From Eledone cirrhosa (Eukaryota): a stretch of DNA of 64,000 bases. The notes below the pieces were generated by a model. That model was not told the origin of the DNA. It saw nothing but the letters and a program-made list of their open reading frames with translations, and ran no database searches. Where the stretch lies: the NCBI GenBank assembly GCA_964016885.1, contig OZ024745.1, forward strand, positions 94,302,001 through 94,366,000, written 5' to 3'. Both the position numbers and the translations under genes were made by a program. Positions 1 through 11,868 of the stretch are shown piece after piece. Each line of letters starts with the position of its first letter. The stretch's first letter is position 1.

Positions 1-1
1 T

Positions 2-874
2 TACCACTGCTTAAGAAGGGGTCACCTGAGGGCTTCCTGTCCTCAATTAACGAGTAAAAAAAAAAAGGCTCTTCTGCCAACCCCGAACACATCAACACAA
101 CCACCACTACCACCACCACCACCACCACCACCACAACAACCACAACACGGAAAAATAACAACACAAAACACTGTTCCACCCAACCCCTCCCCACCTAAAA
201 CAAATACAAAAGCAACCACAACAAAACCCCAAAATATACCCCTCCCCAACAATACGGAAGAGGACTCTGTATCAACGTCACGTAGTGACGACGAGGGAGA
301 ACCCTTTCAACAGGTGAAAAGGAAAAAAAAAAGGCACCACATTAACAAAAATGCCACAAACACACAACCACCAGCACAAACAGAACAAACATCACAAATA
401 AAAACCCCCACCCCTCCCCAAAACATAACACGTACTACAAAACGCAAACAAGCACAAGAACAACAAACAAAAACAAACACAACACAACAAAAACTCTATA
501 CATACATTAACAAGAACAATAAAACGTTGATGAAAGCGATAGAAAATAACCCTTCGGTGGAAACCGAAGGGATCACTTTCACCTACGATGCGAACAAACC
601 GCACCTAATGATGATTAGGGTCCCAACGGAAACCTATGTAACTTTGAAAAAGAACCATCCAATGCATGTGGGGACCAACTGCACCAAACCACATAACAGC
701 GTCCTATTGAGATATTTCCCCACCTCCACACCAGACACCCACACCCCACCAAACACCCGAATCCCACCACACACTAATGTCCTCGCCCCACCACAAACAA
801 CCACCCCACTAAACAACCCTTCCAACAACCCCATGGAAATTGTGCAGCCTGGTCCCCAGGAGACGAAGAGGTAA
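2..874 (+). CDS. LINE ORF1 C-terminal part (gag-like zinc knuckle plus P/T/Q-rich region)
   Basis: Frame open from position 2: YHCLRRGHLRASCPQL...MEIVQPGPQETKR*; matches CYLCGTRGHLRAVCPQL...MEIVQPDTRDAER* of copy 2. Confidence 0.8.
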   Translation, partial: YHCLRRGHLRASCPQLTSKKKKALLPTPNTSTQPPLPPPPPPPPQQPQHGKITTQNTVPPNPSPPKTNTKATTTKPQNIPLPNNTEEDSVSTSRSDDEGEPFQQVKRKKKRHHINKNATNTQPPAQTEQTSQIKTPTPPQNITRTTKRKQAQEQQTKTNTTQQKLYTYINKNNKTLMKAIENNPSVETEGITFTYDANKPHLMMIRVPTETYVTLKKNHPMHVGTNCTKPHNSVLLRYFPTSTPDTHTPPNTRIPPHTNVLAPPQTTTPLNNPSNNPMEIVQPGPQETKR

Positions 875-916
875 GTAATTTCCTTTCCTCTTCCTTTTTA
901 ACTCTTCAGCACCAAC

Positions 917-3787
917 ATGGCCAATATAAGAGTTGGATGTGTGAATGCACGCGGCTTGGGGATGTCCTGGAAACAGGGCAAACTCTTAAATGACCTCAGG
1001 TCGCACAGAGTGGATGTAATGGTTATTTGCGAGTCCAGGATCAGCAGCGAGCGCCAACTGGCCCCCATCTTCGACGACTTTGAGATCTACGCATCTCTCT
1101 GTCAGCCGAGGGGTGGGGGTGGGGTTGTCGTACTGCTGCAAAAACATCTGGGTCTCGCAACACAGATGGTACATTTGGACCCGGAGGGTCCACTGGTGGT
1201 TTTAGACGTCGGCAGTGGTGAAGGTGGAGCTTTCAGGCTGGTGGCAGCGTATGCCCCATCTGGGACACCGCGACCGGACTTCTTCCGACGCCTGGAGAAT
1301 TTCCTGGGAACGTCTCGCTCCTTGCTTTTAGTGGGGGACTGGAATGGTATCCTGGATGCACGTTGGGACTATGTAGAGTCATGTCCCGATAGAGGGGTGG
1401 TAACAGCCGCAAACGATTAATCGGCCGATTTGATCTGGCCGATAGATATCGACTAGATTTTCCGACTGTGCCACGGTGGACGTGGAGTAATCGCAGCGGA
1501 ACATCTAGGTCGTACATAGATAGGTTCCTAGTTAGAAATAAGGATAGGGACATATTCAGCTGTCCACGAATGTTCATGGTTGACTATTCGGATCACAAGT
1601 TGGTGACCGGAGTGGTCAACCTTGATAGAACTCATAGACAGGGACCCGGTTACTGGAAGCTAAACTTGTCTTTACCGACAAACAAAGCTTACAGTAAGCG
1701 GATTAGCGCACTAGTTAAGCAGCGTTTGACGGGGGCAATTGTCAACAACAGGTGGTGGGGCTCTCTCAAGAGAGAAATTAGAATAGAATCGATAGGTTTT
1801 AGTTAGGAATTAGCATCAGATAGGAATAGAACGGAAAGGGAATTAACAAATAGAGTAGAAGAGGCGATTAGGAGTGGAAACGTGGCCGGCGTGCTAGCGT
1901 CAAGAACGGCCCTAGACCAGTTCTTTGATGCGAAGCACGAGGGCTGCGTTGTCAGGAGTAAAATACGTGCTCTGGGTAATGAGGGAGCCAAAGCTGTTAG
2001 CTGGGCCCGAGTGACAGGCAAAAGGTGGAAACAAGTCCACGATTCGGTCTTTGAAGGACCAGGATGGACGCGTGATCCTTGAACCTGAGCGGATGAGCGC
2101 GGCCTTTCAACGGCGCTTTGCACGACTGTTCGGGAGGGGTGGCGGGCCGGGTGGGGCCATGGATTTCGGTCCATACCTCGACAGTCTGGCGCGGCTCTCG
2201 GACGGGGAGGCGAAGTCCTGCGAAAGGCCGATTTCAGCCGCTGAAATAGGAGAAGCGCTGAGCCAATGCGGCAAACGCAAATCTCCGGGTCTCGATGCTC
2301 TACCATACGAACTTTATGTAGCGATGCCAGGCTTGTTCTCCGGTCTCCTCGAGGCGGTCTACTGCAACTGGCAACAGAACGGGAGAATTCCCAGTTCTGT
2401 GACCAAGGGCGTAGTCATGCTGGTGAGGAAGGACGAGAACAAGGGGGATGACATAGATAACTTCAGGCCCATAACTCTGCTAAACACAGAGTTAAAGATT
2501 TTGGCCAAGGTGTTAGCGAAGAGGTTGGCGCTTGTCGTCGGGAACCTGGTGGGAGAAGCGCAAACATGCGCAATCCCGTCCAGGTCCATACACGACAACC
2601 TCCACCTCATGCGATACATCATAGAAAGGGTAGGTAACGAACCCGGCTTTGGTGGGGCCCTGATCAACTTGGATCAATCTAAGGCGTTCGATAGGGTTGA
2701 CCATCGGTACCTGGATGCGGTGCTCGCGGCGGCAGGCTTCGGACCCGTTTTCAGGGGCTGGATTGCTGCAATGCACAGCAGCAACACCTGCTCGAGGGTC
2801 AAGGTGAACGGCTACCTCTCGGAGCCGTTCCAAATCACGCGATCCATTCGACAGGGATGCCCTCTCTCCTCCCTCCTGTATATGCTGGCTCTCGAGCCAC
2901 TACTGCGGAAGCTGGAGCTGTTGCAGGGCATCCTGTTGGAACCGGGATTGCGGAAGGCGGTGTCGGCCTACGCCGATGACGTGACAGTAATGGTGTCGTG
3001 CGCCTCGGAAATCGGGCAGATCGGCACCTTACTGGAGGAATATGAAAGGTTCACAGGAGCCAAGCTGAACCGGGAAAGTCCGTCGGTTTGCAACTCGGGA
3101 CATGGAGGGGCAAAACGATGCCCTCCGACGGCATCGTCGGACGCTGGACGGAGGGACCGGTGAAGGTGCTCGGGGTCTGGTTCGGACCGGACCTCCAGGT
3201 GGAGAAAAACTGGGACAAGGTAATGGGCAAGGTGTTTGCACTCGCCCAGAAGTGGGCCGGGTGCAAACTATCCCTGAAAGGTCGAGCGGAGGTGGCGAAC
3301 GCTTATATAGCGTCCGTCATCTACTACCGCTTGACCGTCGTGCTTGCCCAGAGAAAACACTCGCCAAAATGGAGCGCGCGCTCTTCCGATTTCTTTGGAA
3401 GAAGCGGGCTCCTTTGGTGAGAAGATCCATCTGCTGTCAACACCCTTCGAACGGAGGGCTGGGGATGCTGTGGCTGACGATGCGTAGACACGCATTAAGG
3501 CTACGGCACCTCCAGGTATTCCTCTCCCCTTTCAAAAACGAAGGAGAGGCGGTTTTCCTCTGTGTGATAGCCATGGCGAAAGAAGTTGTATGGTGGACAA
3601 GGTTGAAAGGGCTGAGGTCAGACACCTATCTCTCCGGCCAACAACTGGTCTTTTTTTCAAGTACCACTTTAGAAGAAGGATCAGAATGGAGAGAGAGGTG
3701 CTCTACCCCAGCAAGTTTTATGAAAGATGGGTGAAAGTAGCGAGAATGGCCCGAGTGAATGGGCCTTCTCTCTATATCAGCCTGTAG
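917..3787 (+). pseudogene. LINE ORF2 (APE endonuclease + reverse transcriptase), frameshifted, with internal deletion
   Basis: CVNARGL, GDWN, SDH, DQSKAFD, RQGCPLS, YADD motifs split over several frames; about 560 bp missing at ~3527 relative to copy 2. Confidence 0.93.
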
Positions 3788-4356
3788 GTGAGAGAGGAGA
3801 AGAATGAGAAGAGGAAGGAAGCACCCGCTCTTTGTGCTCCTGAAGAGGAGGGTTGCACATTTTTTCGGGGGTGTGTGCGACCCATGTCAACGCCCCTCCC
3901 TATTGAGGACATCGATTGTTAAATTTAATTTGTTATATGTTTTTTTTCACGTCTTTTTAAATGTATGTAAACTCCCCCCTTTGTATTTGTCACAATCTTT
4001 GATGCCCTGGTGGCAAATAAATAGAAATATATATATCAATTATCACCAAACTCACCCCTCTCTATATCTACTGCACGGAACTCTCTTCGAATACCCCTCA
4101 CTATATCAATTAACGCCAATCTTTCCCCCTCTCTATATCTACTACACGGAACTCTTTTCCAATCCCCCTCCCTATATGAATTTACATCAATCTCTCCCCC
4201 TCTCTATATCCAATATACAACATACTCTCCCAACCTTCCTCTCTATAACTGTATCTATCTGTCCCATCTATCTCTACATAACATGTACATAAACTGTAGC
4301 GCATATAGAAATAGATGTGTTTTGGTAGTTTGGGGAGAAAAATATAATTATATATA

Positions 4357-4535
4357 AGTATGTACACGTACATACATATATGTATACAGACGTACAGTAG
4401 TATGTATATATATATACATACATGCACACATATATATATATGTACGTATGGATTCACCGAACATTTATTATAATGCTCGGTGTGTTTGTAAACAAACATC
4501 CCGTATTAAGCCGTAGTGTCCAGCAACCATCGTAC
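4357..4535 (-). repeat. Fragment of retrozyme-like family R1
   Basis: Matches 10970-11160 and 54790-54960 (…cagacgtacagtagtatg…ccgaacatttattataatgctcgg…). Confidence 0.75.
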
Positions 4536-5308
4536 ATATATATAATTATATATGTACTTTATTTCTCGACCCCGGAAGAATACAAGGAGAAGTTGACCGC
4601 AGTAGGATTGGAGTTTAGAATGGACGGAGCCGGGATAAATACCATTAAATATACAAACATCCTTTTTTTCCAACACATATAATTATTTTTACTTCTAATT
4701 AGTTTTTATTTGCTATTACATTCTATGAAACATTTAGTTTGGATCTCTTTCGTTTTATATTAACATTTCTTCCTTATATTACTTTCTTATTTTGTGAGAC
4801 CTTTTGAATCAACATCTGTGTAGTATTGGAACTATTTGTATTACTGGTATGGCCACTACATATATAAGGTTTTCGACACCATCTAAGATTCTAAAGGAAG
4901 AAACTAAATATTAGAAGGCCCGACTGTCATATATCACCATCACAATACTATTAAATAGAATTTGTGATAAATCATTCAGTTTGTTCTCTGTTGGATGTTT
5001 CGTCTAATTTCCCTGATAAATGACTTTTGTCAATAACTAGTTTAATTTTTCTATTTCTGTTTTTGCCTTCAATACAATATTTTTGCTTTCCAAATAATGA
5101 TTGCTATGTGTTATTTATTTTTTCACATTAAAAGATTTTAAAGGAAATACTTTAATTTCATTCCTGATTTCAACTAAAGTTCTATGATTTCCAGTTACAT
5201 TACACAAACCATCCCACCCCACCCCACTAGAAAATTAAAACAAACACCAACAACTATGCTCACTATTTTTATGCTAAATATAATTGCTAATGGGAAGATG
5301 AAAACCGA

Positions 5309-5492
5309 AATAATTGTTTCTACTTTAAGCACAAGGCCAGCAATTACCCAATGCATTACTGGTACTTTATTTTATCGACCCCGTAAGGATGAAAGGCAAA
5401 GTCAACCTCGGCTGGATTTGAACTCAGATCGTAAATGGACGTAACTATGCTGGAAAGCATGGCGTCCGACCCTCTACCGATACTGCCAATCC
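5309..5492 (-). mobile_element. tRNA-derived SINE with 12-bp TSD
   Basis: A-box-like TGGCAGTATCGG and B box GAGTTCAAATCC on minus strand; TSD aaccgaaataat at 5303-5314 and 5493-5504. Confidence 0.9.
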
Positions 5493-5800
5493 AACCGAAA
5501 TAATGTTATTCGTTTCATGCTCCATTCGTTCATTAGAGAATTCAATTACCTGAAAAGAGGTACCAAATTTGCCTTAAACAATATTCCAATCTTTAAAATG
5601 GATAATATATAGCCATGGAGATACACTGCTTGATAATAGACTTGATGTTTATAGCTCAGTTCAATTTTCATAAGTCTACCCGATCAGGGTTCTTCTTTCC
5701 TTCCTTGGGACTTCAACTCATGCCGAAATCGTTGGGGCACCGTAGTGACATACGACGTGTCTTGGGCATTTAAAATCAAACGGAGCTTATAACTCATATA

Positions 5801-5852
<52 letters not shown>

Positions 5853-5856
<4 letters not shown>

Positions 5857-6033
5857 AACAAGTAGGACCCCGACGGCTGAGCTCAAGCCGATTCAGAGTC
5901 CAGAATTAGCCGTCGAAACGGCTTGAGCTCAGCCGTCGGGGTCCTACTTGTTCCTATTACCCACTCTACTACCCTAAGTATTGAGTAATTTGGTGCGTTA
6001 TGGTCGATCTGGTTCCTTACCACATTTCCTTCG

Positions 6034-6101
<68 letters not shown>

Positions 6102-6493
6102 GAAAAGAGTCAGGCCCCCGATGGCTGAGCTCCGGCCGTTTCGACAGCTAGATCCGAACATTCGGATCTAGCTGTCGAAATGGCGGGAGCTCAGCCGTCG
6201 GGGGCCTGACTCTTTTCCTATTACTCACTCTACTAGTATTGAGTACTCTGGTGCATTATGGTCCACCTGGTATCTTAACACGTTATATATATATATATAA
6301 CGAAGGAAGTGTGGTAAGGAACCAGCTGGACCATAACGCACCAGGGTACTCAATACTTAGGGTAGTAGAGTGGGTAATAGGAAAATGTTTAACCCCGACG
6401 GCAGAACTCAAGCCGTTTCGACGGCCATTTCTGGACTAGTCCAGAAATGGCCGTCGAAACGGCTTGAGCTCTGCCGTTGGGGTTAAACATTTT

Positions 6494-6497
<4 letters not shown>
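5853..6497. mobile_element. Three mini fold-back insertions of PLE family-B 3' ends (5853-6035, 6100-6284, 6299-6497) in (TA)n
   Basis: Inverted arms carrying GAAAcggct-tgagctc-agccgTC (HHR stem III plus GUC site); homologous to PLE ends at 37033 and 50401. Confidence 0.85.
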
Positions 6498-6563
<66 letters not shown>

Positions 6564-6569
6564 ATACTC

Positions 6570-6725
6570 AATCCCAGTACTGGACTGGTACTTTATTTAT
6601 CGACCATGAAAGGATGACAGGGAAAGTTAACCTACCTCAGCGGGATTTTGAAATCAGAGCAGAATCCGAACAAAGACCAGACGGCATGCTTTCCGACAAT
6701 CAAATGACTCAACCAGCTTGCCACC
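6570..6725 (-). mobile_element. Diverged tRNA-SINE copy
   Basis: ctggtactttatttatcgacc…aggatga…gggattttgaa, similar to the SINE consensus. Confidence 0.65.
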
Positions 6726-7028
6726 TAATTAAACAACAACAGCAACAACAACAATTTAACTTTTCTACGCCTAGTCCACCAATATGTAAAGTGATGCTAT
6801 GTAGTAAGTATAACTATACTTGTAGATAAATGACATAAACACTGTATAACAGATTTCCTTTTATCAAAGCAAAAATCAAATTTTGTGTGAATGTACTAAA
6901 TGAATCTCTTTTTTATCTCAATTTCTCACTGGAAGTTGTATGTGTATGTGTCTACTTAATATTCAGAAATTCGACCCCCACCTCTCCCTCTATCGGCCGC
7001 AGGTCAGTCGTCGGTTCCTGAATCTTTT

Positions 7029-7086
<58 letters not shown>

Positions 7087-7159
7087 CACGCACACACACA
7101 TATATATATATATATATAAATATACACACACACATATATATATATACATACACGCACAC

Positions 7160-7277
<118 letters not shown>

Positions 7278-7610
7278 TTATTAGGATAGTCAGTGTTGGT
7301 TGATCCAATCAATCGACCAATAATGTAATCAAGCAGAAGCACTCGTCGTCATGGAAGCTACAAGGTATCATGTGTATGGTGTCAGACGGAGAATGAATTT
7401 TAAGAAAAGGAAAAGAGGCGGTATCACACAATCAACATCATTTTATCACGTTACATCAGATTTCCGTTATGCACATTTCGAAGGTACGGAAAAGTCTTTA
7501 TTTAACAATTATTCAATACATTTTCGTCTGACAGGAAGTTCGAATCTAAATAAAAATAAAATTTTTTTTGTTGATTTGCCTGCCATCGAAGAGGTGTTTA
7601 CATCTCGCGT

Positions 7611-7678
<68 letters not shown>

Positions 7679-7772
7679 GTGGAACACTGGAAGGTAATAT
7701 CCGTAGTGGTAGAGCACTCAGTCCAAGGGACGAGTTAGGTAGAAGTGGTTACACAACAGTTAGTTCACCATA

Positions 7773-7812
7773 CCGAGAACAATTGTTTCACCTTCGCTGG
7801 TCTTCAGCTCGG
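7773..7812 (-). ncRNA. Type I hammerhead ribozyme (family A)
   Basis: ccgag-CTGAAGA-ccagcgaaggt-GAAA-caattg-TT-ctcgg. Confidence 0.75.
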
Positions 7813-7995
7813 GATGTGTATAGTTATAGGAACAGGAAGGACAACCGTACGAACGCGTATGCGCAGAAACTCGGCCACTTCACACAGGCAATACTAGACT
7901 GCGTGCGGGAGGTGTAAGGGAGATAACTGCGAAAGTCCGGAAAGTTTTTAGGTTGAAAATAAAATTAAAAAATTATAAATTAAAATTACAAAGAA

Positions 7996-9336
7996 TCAGT
8001 CCGGAGCCTTGTAGTTATGCAATAGATGTTTGGTGACGTGTGGATAACGTGTGAAAAATTCACTTCTCGTGTTTAGGCAATCACTATTGCGTAATCTTTT
8101 TAGGATAGTTATTCGTTCGTCAATACATAAGCCACACGTCGGATTTCCCCTTGCGTATGGCTTGGACTTAGTGATGGCTTTCCATTGAATGGAGTAGCCT
8201 ATACTTGAGTCCTTGAGGGACCATACGTGGCTCGCGAGTTTCGTGGATGAACGTCTGTCCGAGTATCTGAAGGTAGACTGGTGGTTCAGGAAACGCTCCT
8301 TGAATCGGCCCTCCGCCATGACCACAGAGTATTTGACCTCCTGTGGTTCGTTTGGTCGGTTGGAAGTGACCACAGCTTCATAGATTACAGCTGGTGTGTT
8401 GCATTGTTGTTGAAGGGGGCAAGCTTCGGGCTTACGGCAAGAGCACCCTGGTGGGATGTTGCTCCTAGTGCTGCTGGTGATGTGGGCCTTCATGTTCTTA
8501 GCACAGGAGTATCCTAGTTTAACTTTGTGTCGGTTAAAGATGGAGCGGTATTTATGACCTATGGGGAAGTGTCTATCTAAGAGGACTAGAAATTTTTTTC
8601 CTACATTGGTTTTAACGTTGAGTGAGAAGGGAGGAGAGAACCAGATAGTTTGTCTATTGATGCGCTTACTTTTCTTAATGGTGTTGTTGCTAGTGGGAGA
8701 GTAGGTGATAGGTTGTGAGAAGCCGCTGTTAGCCAACGCTGTGTTATAGTAGGGTGCCGCCCTGTCAAAGATAGCCTTAATAGAGGAGAGGTTTGAGATT
8801 CTAGTACTGATATTCTTAACGAAGTTTCTAAAAACAGTGGGAGGGTGGCATGAGTCCTTGTGAATGTAATTAAGTTTCTCGTTTAGCTTATGGAAGGGTC
8901 TGTGGGTGTGTGTGCGAAGGTCTAAATTAATGTCTAAGAAATCTACGCTAGAGAGGTTGGTGGCTACTGTTATCCTAAGTCTTAACTCATTAAAGGTAGA
9001 AGTTAAGTCTTTTTTAAACCGGTCGAGGTCGTGACCACTTTTATGGCTCGATAAAGTCAGTCCATCGTCACGGTATATTCCCGTGTGGAAATCCGGGAAT
9101 CTAACGCGTAATATGTCTAAGATAAAAAGGCCAACCAAGTCACATACGTCAGCACTGTCAAACGATCCCATGGAGACGTCGAACAGGTCTGAAGATGTAG
9201 ACTTCTTTGCCCAGGTTACTCCGTCGTTGAAGAGGAGCGTTTTACGGCAGTGAGCGATGATTTCCCTGTCTAAACGATCGACGGTGGTATAAGTGGTAGC
9301 GAAGTCCAACGCTTTCTTTAACAGTAAGGCAATACT
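7996..9336 (-). pseudogene. 5'-truncated PLE ORF: RT + CxC linker + GIY-YIG endonuclease
   Basis: MGSFDSADVCDLVG, GIYRDDGL, FLDI, CSCRKPEACPL, VIYEA…FKERFLNH, CGLCIDE. Confidence 0.92.
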
Positions 9337-9429
9337 TAGAAACATAGTTAAGACCATTAGGACTAAGTCCAACCTGCCCCAGTGGGAGAACATCGACTCC
9401 GTAATTAAGTGGTTTAGCCCTCTTTAGCC

Positions 9430-10017
9430 CTCTTAGATAGACACTTCCCCATAGGTCATAAATACCGCTCCATCTTTAACCGACACAAAGTTAAACTAGG
9501 ATACTCCTGCGCTAAGAACATGAAGGCCCACACCACCAGCAGCACTAGGAGTAACACCCCACCAGGGTGCTCTTTCCGTAAGCCTGAAGCTTGCCCCCTT
9601 CAACAGCAATGCAACACACCAGTTGTAATCTATGAAGCTGTGGTCACTTCCAACCAACCAAACGAATCACAGGAGGTCAAATCCTATGTGGGCATTGCGG
9701 AGGGCCGATTCAAGGAGCGTTTCCTGAACCACCAGTCTACCTTCAGATACCCGGACAGACGTTCATCCACGAAACTCGCGAGCCACGTATGGTTCCTCAA
9801 GGACTCAAGTATAGGCTACTCCATTCAATGGAAAGCCATCACTAAGTCCAAGCCATACGCAAGGGGATATCCGACGTGTGGCTTATGTATTGACGAACGA
9901 ATAACTATCCTAAAGAGATTACGCAATAGTGATTGCCTAAACACGAGAAGTGAATTTTTCACACGTTGTCCACACGTCACTAAACATCTATTGCATAACT
10001 ACAAGGCTCCGGACTGA
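9430..10017 (+). pseudogene. Inverted duplicate of PLE thumb/GIY-YIG region
   Basis: VIYEAVV…SYVGIAEGRFKERFLNH…CGLCIDE…RCPH, nearly identical to the minus arm. Confidence 0.9.
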
Positions 10018-10199
10018 TTCTTTGTAATTTTATTTTTAATTTTTTAATTTTATTTTCAACCTAAAAACTCTCCGGACTTTCGCAGTTATCTCCCTTACAC
10101 CTCCCGCACGCAGTCTAGTTTTGCCTGTGTGAAGTGGCCGAGTTTCTGCGCATGCGCGTGTGTACGGTTATCCTTCATGTTCTTATAACCATACATATC

Positions 10200-10239
10200 C
10201 CGAGCTGAAGATCCGCGAAGGTGAAACAATTGTTCTCGG
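10200..10239 (+). ncRNA. Type I hammerhead ribozyme (family A)
   Basis: ccgag-CTGAAGA-tccgcgaaggt-GAAA-caattg-TT-ctcgg; palindromic stem/loop III. Confidence 0.75.
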
Positions 10240-10267
10240 TATGGTGAACTAACTGTTGTGTAACCTT

Positions 10268-10323
<56 letters not shown>

Positions 10324-10756
10324 TGCAAACTCTGCTAAGAGTATTGCAATCGCTTGCAACCGATTCTGAACAAGCAATGCCTGTGCTTTGAAGGTTTTTT
10401 TAAGTGGGGAAAGGCCTTGCACTCGATTAACCCCACTCCCTGACCATTGAAAACACTACCCAAAAAGGAGAAATTCTCAACATCATTGGATGCTTCCGAA
10501 GCCGTAGGCTTTTTTTCCAGAGATTCCCTCTCTTAGAAAGGTGTTGTGACAACAACTGGGGGCCTTTCACTCCCATGTGGCAACAAAAGTACTATAATTT
10601 CATCCCGCAGGGTGTCCAGATATCACCCTACTTACCAAGCAAGCTTGGTAGGGTTGCCACTTTAGTCACCGACGACTCGACCATGAGACAGGTTGTACTG
10701 GGTTACATGTTAACACTTGAGAGCGACCTGACAAAAATATATATATATAAATATAT

Positions 10757-10850
<94 letters not shown>

Positions 10851-10969
10851 TACATACACATATATACATACATATACATATATATATACACACACACACA
10901 CATATATATATATATACATAATATACATATACCCCCCCACACACGTATATATATATATATATATATATA

Positions 10970-11415
10970 TGCAAGTATGTATGTATGTATACGTACATAC
11001 ATATATGTATACAGACGTACAGTAGTATGTATATATATACATACATGCACACACATATATATATGCACGTATCGGTTTACCGAACATTTATTATAATGTA
11101 AACAAACAAACAGCCCGAATTACGCCGTACAGTGTTTAGGCAACCACGTCACCTTTTTGTTCAACATTGACACAGGAACGATGTACTAGTTTCAAGCTTA
11201 TTAGCTATCGTCAGTATCGTATAAAAACAAACAAACCGAGCATTATAATAAATGTTCGGTAAACCGATACGTGCATATATATATGCGTGCATGTATGTAT
11301 ATATATACATACTACTGTACGTCTGTATAGATATATGTATGTACGTATACATACATACATACTTGCATTTAAGTAAGTGCCGTACTAAGAGTGAGAAATG
11401 AAATTTCGTTTCATT
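10970..11415. mobile_element. Fold-back copy of retrozyme-like family R1, HHR at 11178-11220 (-)
   Basis: Minus strand acgata-CTGACGA-tagctaataagctt-GAAA-ctag-TA-catcgt; arms ~10970-11220 and ~11222-11415 are inverted. Confidence 0.78.
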
Positions 11416-11422
11416 CTATTCC

Positions 11423-11455
<33 letters not shown>

Positions 11456-11566
11456 TCATTACCATTTATGTAAATTCGGTTGTTTATACTTTCGTATTGA
11501 TATCGTATAATCTCTCCATGGCAATTGCCTCTTTTTCCTTCACCCTGCAGAGAAGGAGATAGACAG

Positions 11567-11600
<34 letters not shown>

Positions 11601-11868
11601 ATATGTTTCTTTTATTTGCCACCAGGGCATCAAAAGTGGGACAAGTATAATGGGGGGAGTTTACAAAACAAGGCATCCTCAATAAGGAGGAGGCAATAAC
11701 AATATATAAAAATAAAATAAAATATAACAAAAAATAAAATTAATAACAAAGTCCTCAATAGAGAGGAGGCGCCTTGGGGGGTCGCACACACCCCCGAAAA
11801 AAAGTCTGCAACCCTTTTCCTCGGGAGCACAGAGAAGGGGTGCTCCCTTGGTCTTTCATCTTCCTCAC

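Larger units (their letters stand above)
1..4030 (+). mobile_element. Tx1/L1-like non-LTR retrotransposon, copy 1 (5' end outside window, decayed)
   Basis: ORF1 with CCHC knuckle, APE-RT ORF2 fragments, 3' UTR with AATAAA at 4016-4021; colinear homology with the minus-strand copy at 11606-17329. Confidence 0.93.
7676..10270. mobile_element. Penelope-like element (family A), tail-outward inverted insertion in (TA)n
   Basis: Minus arm 7676-~9336 and plus arm 9430-10270 are inverted copies, each ending in the EN domain, 3' UTR and HHR; (TA)n on both flanks. Confidence 0.93.

Noticed and set aside
7440-7540. Partial HHR 3' halves (also ~20150-20185)
   Set aside because: No matching 5' core or stem I found
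10320-10735. GC-richer segment resembling a LINE 5' UTR with a possible HDV-like ribozyme (minus strand)
   Set aside because: A P3/L3-like ACC…GGT is present, but P1 and P2 could not be paired convincingly
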